A stretch of DNA of 64,000 nt from Lytechinus pictus. Its lineage: Eukaryota. The notes under the pieces were generated by a model, which was not told where the DNA came from, did not search any database, and saw only the letters and a list, made by a program, of their open reading frames with translations. A program made the translations under genes and the position numbers. Where the stretch lies: NCBI RefSeq assembly GCF_037042905.1, contig NC_087260.1, positions 25,544,001 to 25,608,000 of the forward strand, given 5' to 3'. This document shows positions 40,801-49,800 of this stretch, in pieces. Each line of letters begins with the position of its first letter. The stretch's first letter is position 1.

Positions 40801-43800
40801 TCACGCAAAATTTGAAACCGCAGCGTAGGCATTCCCCACACGCCATGGTGCGAAGATCGCTTGCCAAAGAACGGTTGTGTCCTCACTTACGCTAAAACCA
40901 GTTTAACGAGGCAAAGCGATCTTGAAAACTACATCGCGAGGTAGTTTTCTTAACCAGTTTGGAAGATTGCTTCCAAGACCGCTTTGACCATTCTCATTAC
41001 ACGTTAAACTAGTTTCCAGTAAACTAGTTTTAGGACGGTAGTGAGAATGGTGTCATAGAAATCCTAGATACTGATAGGTTGTTACCAGGGTAATACCATT
41101 CCATTGAAAAAATACCAAGATATTAACTTTAATGCAACAAGGCCATGAAATATTGAAAATACATGAAAATGTGCTGTTAACGACTCAGGAGACATTATGC
41201 AGGAAATTTAAACAAAAATATTGAACATTTCCAGTGAGTCAGTTGTGAGTCTCCAACAGAACGGTGTATGCTCAAATATTACAGGTTTCAATGTCACAGC
41301 CACACTTAGGAAAACAACTTTGGTACATACTGACTGAAAATAATCAATAAATGAGAAAAGCTATGTGAGGACGGAAGGCTGCATGGCGAACTAGTCAAAT
41401 ATGAGAGGTATTTCAATTATTCCAGCTGTCGTTTCAGTTGATAGCAAGGGTATTTGCATTTCTTGAAATGTATATTCGTACAATTTGTATACGTGTATAT
41501 AAAGTCGAGCACTATTATTAAAAAAAAAGAAATTTACTTGTGCTGCATAGGAGTACAAATTCAAATAATTGGACAGATAAGGTATCGTTTTTTATCGTAA
41601 AGATTAAGCTTAATTGCACATAACGAAAATGTGAAACAATCTGCATCAACATTCACAATGAGAGCCATTAGTGACATCTGCTTTCACCAAAGTTCATATG
41701 GTGTTCAGATCAAATATACAGTTTTCAATCGAACCTTATTTATGATTTAAATTATTAAAGCATCATGAACTAGAATTCATGATTACGTTCAATGTCAAGA
41801 TTTCCATTACAACCATACCTATTCATCTATCACAATTTCTTACGGATAGTCTGAACAAATACTTTTTAGTGAATAAAGTTTACTCAAACCCAGCAGGGAA
41901 CCTCTCGTCCAAATATCAGTCATTCTGCTAGAAATAATAACCATTTCCGACTTTACCATTCAAAATGCACAACACTTTTATGAATTCTAATTTGCAAGGG
42001 ACTAGGAAGACGAGTACAATACATAGTGTTAGTCAAGAATTTTGCGGTCTGTGATAATAAAAATTGAAAAGTCCTTTTTTCTCTCTCTCTCTTTCATTTC
42101 CTTTCTTCAAAGGCATTTTCAGATGCCATTGTTGAAAGAGCAAACAGCAATACTGAAGTGCATAAATACATGTAATACTTAGATTTTTGTAGAAGAGTGC
42201 AGAGCTTTTGTAATGATATGCTATGTACTTCCAAAAGCTTGGACCAGTTATATGTAGCTTCATCAATGTTTGTGTTGTATCTACATGTATACCGGTGTGG
42301 AAGGACAAGACTTCTAACAATCAAAGTATTTCATGTACTAAAATTTGTTTGAATTTTGGAATATTTGGGTACTCAAGTCTTCATAATAAGGCCGACCATC
42401 TCCAGCCCATTTTAACAACTCTTCATTCTTCATTACATGTATGCAGATACTGAACATTCACTTTGATCGCGCACCCAAAAATATTTGTTTTAAATGTATA
42501 TTTTTTCTATCAATCGATTGGATATTTTTTTCTCTTTAAATCCACTCATCTTTGGAACAGGCTGAAAATGTCGGGAGATATTTGTATGTTGACCTATATC
42601 TAATAAAGATACATGCTAAACATGCAATGTCAATACTAGATAGAAGATACCCACAAAAAGTCATATTTATATCAAATTTGAATTTAAAAGTTTATAAAGC
42701 ATGGATATGAACAGTATAGTATAGTGAATTGTTTTTCCACCTGCTCCAATGCCATGCTATCTATTTTCATAAAATTCATGGTCCACTGACATTGATTGCT
42801 AATAAACACCTATTTGGTGGATCCATTAGAAACAGATTGCCTGACCTAGCGGATGCTTGCATCTGATTTCAGGATTCACAGAGAGTGAGGGGTCAATGTC
42901 ACAGACGGACACTCATAAAGATAATTGGAGAATGAAGAGGTTAGGTACATGTAAGATGCTACAGCCTTAATACAGGTCATTACAGAAAGTTGAGGATGCT
43001 GCTGAAGAATGGAAAAGAGAAGATACTTGGGAATGATAAAGCAGAAGAAAAAAGTTCAAGAATAGCATCAGAAGTGAAAGAAGATGACAGGCACAAAAAA
43101 AAGTTTGTTTGCCACAAGCCAATCAACCAACCTGTCATTTTTTTTAATTCAAATTTGACCACCCTCCCACCAATTAAAAAAAAATGTGCTGACCAACTCT
43201 AAGTTTCATACTTTCTTTTACCTTTCAATAATTTTGTTTAAAAAAATAAACAAAAGCTGGGAATAGCACTGCTGATCAATCCTAACATTTTCCTCTGTAA
43301 TACAGCAATCACCCTTTTTCGGGGTTAACAATGGAAAGGAGACAGAGTAATAGAAACAGATAATTATTAGGAAGGTTGAAGCGGGGATGCACCTTGAGCA
43401 CTCCACATTCTGCATAGATGTATTAACATCAAATTTTTTTTTTTTTTCAGTCATAGTAAAGCATTAAATTCCAATCTTTTCGACAATTAACCAAATTAAA
43501 AGAAAAATCATTTTGAAATGAACCTAGAAAATGATATGAAAATAATTAAAAAATTTTAAGTGACATGTACATGTTCAAAAATAGATAGGGTCTAGTATAA
43601 AATCAAATAATTCCCCCCAAAAAATGAAACAGATAGAGAAATATTCTAAATGCAGGGATATAATAATACATGTCACTTCCAACATGTATCAAACCAAGGA
43701 GGTTCCTTGATCAAACTAATCATATAAAATGACTTGACCGACCAGTAGGTCTATGCATGCAAGCCATCCTCATCAAATTGACAGTCTTCTAAAAATAATA

Positions 43801-46800
43801 CATGACCTTCAACTACAAAACTATGCACATGTAAAGTCCAATATATACGTTCAGTCCCTTTAATACATGTATCATTCGGACCATGCCCGCGGCTGGTGCA
43901 TGAAAGTTGGCCGACAACAGCTGTGTCATGGTAGCGGCTGGTCGAGTACTGAAGACAAGTGTTTCGCTATTTGCCAGCTCTACTCGCATTACCCATCATA
44001 TCATCTTCTCATGTTATCTTCATGCGCATCATGTTTTCTGCGATGCAAAGTTCTGCATCATCTCAAAAAGTGAAATTATTGCAATCAATGTTGACAAAAA
44101 AAAATCACATTTCATACATTTGCACCTATGTATTAAATTTAGCCTCTGCAGTGTGAGCAGATCAAATAGGACCTTTATCCTTTCTTGATTTTTAGTTGCA
44201 TGTAGTACTACTAGCGTCCCATATCACAAAGACTTTGAATTAATCTATCAACCTCAATTACATGTACGAAATCCATCCATATCATAATTATTCTTTGCAC
44301 ATGAAATTTAATTGTCCCTTTGGAAGCAAAGAAAAGCACACTGAATTGTCAAGACACTCATTGCGTCTTGAATATACAGCACTTATACAATCATAGAAAA
44401 CTCTTTGGAACTGACATCCATTCTACAATGTAGTTGCAATTGATTGGATCAATCACAATCGAACTGGCCCTGTGCAACAGAATGGTGGACTTTCGATGAG
44501 ATTGATTCTACTTGTCCAATGCATTTAGAAAATCACTGATATTTCATTGATAATAAATGCTTTTCTGGTTATCAAACATTTTATCAACAAAACGGCCTAC
44601 CAACGACAATGATAACAGAAAAATAACTGCAAGCACAATTTGGACTGTTCAGTGATACAGTGAACATTGAAAGCAAATACCAATCTTTTGAACCTTTTGA
44701 GTACTGCATATTTAGATGATGAAAAAGTGAACAATAAACTTGATTCATATATTATTATGAGTCATGAATCCCAATATTGTTGGATTGTTAGCACAGACAG
44801 ATAAGGTGTTTGAACGTTCTTCCCTGAACACATTATAAAGTTATTTGTAGTTATTTTCTATTTACTTCATTTTTAAAGGAATCCTTCAATACAAGATTGA
44901 ATAATTAAATATTAATGTATTTGAAGAAAAAAAAGAGAAATACAGATTTTATTATACAAGGAGGCCATCCCTATCTATCGAATGCAAGTATTGATCCAAG
45001 TACCATATTTTGTGACTCATTATTTATCATGATAAAATAACTGCACATGGCTAACAAAGAATGGTCATGTTTAAGTACATCACTGGGTAAACGTTTTGGT
45101 GACACATCAATTTATATTTGATTAATTCCCAAGACTGAGCGAGTCTCAACTACACAAGAAGGCCTTTATATTGAAATGTAGAGGAAGATAATCAATATTC
45201 TTAATGCACTGTGTCCATTACTGCTTGCCCTATTTCAACTGGTCCAATAATATACACATAGCTAGGTTCACACATATGTCTGTAATCTCCCAACCTTCGC
45301 AAGTCTTGCAGATAAATGTATTTGTGTTGTGTAAAAAATAAGATATTTATCAGTGCTAAACACAATATGAATTTGTTGTTGATACAGACCATTAGCTCCA
45401 GGATGAATGAATGAGCAAAATTTTGTGCTATGGACATTCTTGAATAAATACAGCAATCAGCCTACATGTCAACAGAAAAAAAATCTAAGGAAACAAAGGG
45501 CAGCTTTCCAGTTGAAATGAAACAAACAGTTTAAGGCTCTAAAAATACCACTCTTTAGAAATTGTGTTTATTTTTATCATTAAGATACAGGAGATGGATG
45601 AAAATAATAGACATAAATGAACTATAAAGTGAACAAAGGTTAAAAGCAGAACAAATTTGTCTACAGTGCATATTCAGCAAGTACAGTATCATTAATTTCA
45701 GTTCACATTGAAATTGTTTGAATTCAAAGCTTTACTGTTTGTCCATTTATCATACACATTGTGGTAAAAAATTCCTGAAACTTTATGCTGTGAATTGTCC
45801 TTGAAAAAAGANNNNNNNNNNNNNNNNNNNNNNNNNNNNNNNNNNNNNNNNNNNNNNNNNNNNNNNNNNNNNNNNNNNNNNNNNNNNNNNNNNNNNNNNN
45901 NNNNNNNNNNNNNNNNNNNNNNNNNNNNNNNNNNNNNNNNNNNNNNNNNNNNNNNNNNNNNNNNNNNNNNNNNNNNNNNNNNNNNNNNNNNNNNNNNNNN
46001 NNNNNNNNNNNNNNNNNNNNNNNNNNNNNNNNNNNNNNNNNNNNNNNNNNNNNNNNNNNNNNNNNNNNNNNNNNNNNNNNNNNNNNNNNNNNNNNNNNNN
46101 NNNNNNNNNNNNNNNNNNNNNNNNNNNNNNNNNNNNNNNNNNNNNNNNNNNNNNNNNNNNNNNNNNNNNNNNNNNNNNNNNNNNNNNNNNNNNNNNNNNN
46201 NNNNNNNNNNNNNNNATTATTATGACTTCTGCTGTGCGTTGTATATCTGCTGAAGTCAAGCAGATTGTTAAGCATATCTTGCCATTCCGAAGCACACAGT
46301 AAACTCCCTCACAGTAGCTCGATGCAGGTTCTATCATTTTGGGTAGTATTTCATTTGCTATTGAAACACAATCTTCATAAAGATATCCAATACTACTTAA
46401 CCTATATAATGAATGAGGTCCTATACTCTGATGATGATTCTCCTATAATGAAGTACCTACCTCAAACTAAGGACTCAATTGAAGCTTGAGTGTACATGCG
46501 CTACAGCTCAGCTTCAATCGGTAAAACATCAATTGAAATTTTCAGAAATCAATCTTTTCAGCGTCAAGAAAGAAGGGAATGTTCATTTTCTTTATAGTTT
46601 TTTAATATATCAAAATGATTTTTAAGAAAAAAAAGGCAAATAAATATTTCATAGATGTAAATTTTAAGCAGTTTTCATTTTATTTTGTTTATCTATACAG
46701 TCAAATGGTCAACAAAATCCCATATTTAACAATAATGACCAACACTGGCGTAAATTGAAGCCGGGGGGGGGGGGTGATCTATTGTTTCAATACGCGATGT

Positions 46801-49800
46801 CATAGACCTACACCAATGACAATAATACAAACTGCATTTTAATTCTTTGACTCTGCCCTTGGCATGGATATGACGAATGAAGAACAGGAAAAAATAATTT
46901 TAAATGAATTTCAAAGCAAAAGGTAGGATTATTCATTTATTTTCTTGAATCCATTATCAATGCATGTACATGTAACCTTATTATTTGAAATTCACTTGAA
47001 GTTGAAGCATAATATTTCACTTTGATTCCAAATGATGGGATACGTAATGAAGTTGTGTCTACTCAGATGGAAGGCTACTACTACAGCCTTACCATTATCA
47101 ACAGGGACTGTATATAGGCCTGACTGTACATGTATGAATCAAAACTATGTATTGGATTTGATCCTGGTATAAATCGGGTGATAGGCTGCCTAATGTAGGA
47201 TGAAGTTTGGAATGGAGGGAGAGCAGCACAATGGGAGAGGAAATTTGAATAAGTGTGCAGTAGATGACTTTCCTCTGCCATGGGCAAAGAAACATCTCTT
47301 CTCTCATCCTCCTTTGCTCCATCACCCAAGGGTGACTGAAGAGATATTCATATGCTTCTTTCCTTCCAATCCATCTCAACCTTTTTCTGCATTTCCTCCA
47401 ATCTCCATTTCATTTGCTTCATCTCTCTCTCTCCCTCTTTCATTATTTTCCTCTATGATTATTGTCACCATGATTCCTTTTCTCTCTCACACTCTCTCTT
47501 TCCCCACCTCTCCCTCTCTACAGGCATCTTTCTTCTGCATTTTCATATCTTTCAGTTCCCCTTTTCCATTCTCGATACCCCTGTTTATCTCTCCCTCACC
47601 TCCCTACACCCCCTATCTCTGCAGCTCTCTCTCTCACCCTTCATCAGATTTTAAGTCAGTTTAAAAGTACATAATGGAGGCCCTACCATAAATCTGTATT
47701 TATATTAATTTTGTACGGTTGCCCCATCCCCTTCTCTTTGTGAGCCCCCCCCCCCTCCACCTCTCTCTCTCTCTCTCTCTGCATCCCACATTATAGTGTA
47801 CACCCTCAGCGCTCTCTCTCACCTCTGCTGCCACCCCCCCCCCCTTCCCCTCTCCATCCCTCTCTTGCTCAATATCTCACCATTGCCTCTCCCTTTACAA
47901 ATCTATCTCGGGCCTGCTCATGCCTCTCAAACTACTCCCATTCTGTGGACAAATCCAATTAGGCGGCCCACAACAGATCTCGGCTACCTGCTTGCCGCAG
48001 GATTCTCAAACGCTGGTCGGGCGCTTCATGTTGCTGAGTTGTTGGGTATCCTGTTAGCACTAATGATATCAAAGCATAGCCCCCAATTGCTGTTGTAAAT
48101 CATACGGGATACAATTGAAGGCATTAGGGAAGGCTGGTGGATAGATGTTATATCAAGGTAATAGGTTGATAGCATTTGGATGTATGAAGGGATTTTTTTC
48201 TTCAGGTAAACACTTGCACTTTACAATATGTAAAGGATATTGGGGGGCGTTGCTATACTACTGTACATGTATGTATGTATGCTTGTGCAGGTAAAATTTT
48301 CTGTTATAAGTAATCTACTGCAAAGGAATGCCTTCTGTAATCTGGGATAATTACAATACCTTTGGTAATTGTCCATTCTATCTTGTTAAGTGAGCTCACC
48401 TTGGAATGTCATGTACATCTGTCCTGGGTATAAATCTAAGCAGTAGCATGGGTCGGATAATTGCATCACAGGAATAAACTTGATAGATGACAATTCTGAA
48501 ATTGTACATGGTTTTTCAATATAATTGTGAGATACCACATAATCTGAAACTTTGTTTTCTTTTTACACATGTTCTGTTTTCAAGATTGCTTCAATGATCC
48601 AAACAAATCGATAGAAATCGATGCAATCATACATGTACATTAGGCTTTAATACATGTAGGTCTAATTTTGAAAGCCATTATTTACAAATCTACCAATGGT
48701 GGTAGGAGGTAAATTAATGTAGCTCAATTGCTCAAGCAGTAGTCTGTTTCTTATACTTTGATTACAACCACCGGTTTATGTGGGTAGCAGAAAGCCAATT
48801 TTCACACTAAATTTGGCACAGAAGCATCCATTACATTGGTAAGCCGCATGCTAGCCTAACCATGAGAATCTCCACCAATACAGTGGTCTATTAAAATTAA
48901 ATGTCAAAGGGAAGAAGTCTGAGATAAATACCATCTACAGGGAAGGAAGTTATCTCTTCCCACATGTAGCTCGATTCCGGCAGAAGGATCAAAGATGAAA
49001 TCCTTCATTTTGAAACAGAATGTTGGAGGCATCTTTAATGTGGTAATCCACTAGAAATCAATACCGACAGTAGAGCGTGGACAAGAGAGGTAATACAGAT
49101 CTCCAGATTTGTGGAGCGTTGTGGCCCAGTGGATTAGTCTCTGGACTTTGATACAGAGAGTCGTAGGTTTGAATCCCAACCATGGTGCAATTTCCTTCAG
49201 CAAGAAATTGATCCGCAGTGTGCTGCACTCAACCCAGGTGAGGTAAAAGGGTACCTGACAGGAATTTATCCTTTGAAACGCTTGAGCATGTACATGTAAA
49301 GTAGCTTGGCTATAAAAGCAAGGGAGATTGTGCTGCGTTATTGTAGAGCGCTTAGAGCCTTCTGATAAAGAGGTATTGGTGCTAAATATAAGCAAGTATA
49401 ATTATTATGATTTGCAAATTATCAACTTCATGCAATACTATTAGAAGCAGCAAAAACTAAATATAAACAGACCTATTAGTGGTGTTAACTGGGAAAATAG
49501 CTCACTATCCTTGATTAGTTTTGTGTAATTTCTATTTTTTATGTGCATTTTTTCCCTGATCTAGGCCTTAAACTGAAATCATGGTTGAAGAAAAATCTTT
49601 GTTACAAGCAGAGATATTAGCATGAAATTAGAGTCAATTGAAAAACGATGAATAAGATTAAGAGAAACAACCTCATAAGACTTCACAAAACCACACAATT
49701 AAAGAGCTTCAGGAAGGATATAACCAATCAAACTTCCTTCCTTTCTTTTTATCAAGAGATTAAAATGTGCTTTGATTATTATGACAATAATGTTTGGTTC

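Noticed and set aside
40421-40867. 148-aa ORF as a possible transposase
   Set aside because: It lies in a MITE, is not kept intact in the other copies, and has no DDE motif.
45724-46337. Long ORFs of 152-184 aa
   Set aside because: They consist mostly of N-gap.
47200-48098. Hydrophobic ORFs of 100-154 aa
   Set aside because: They are translations of CT-rich low-complexity sequence.
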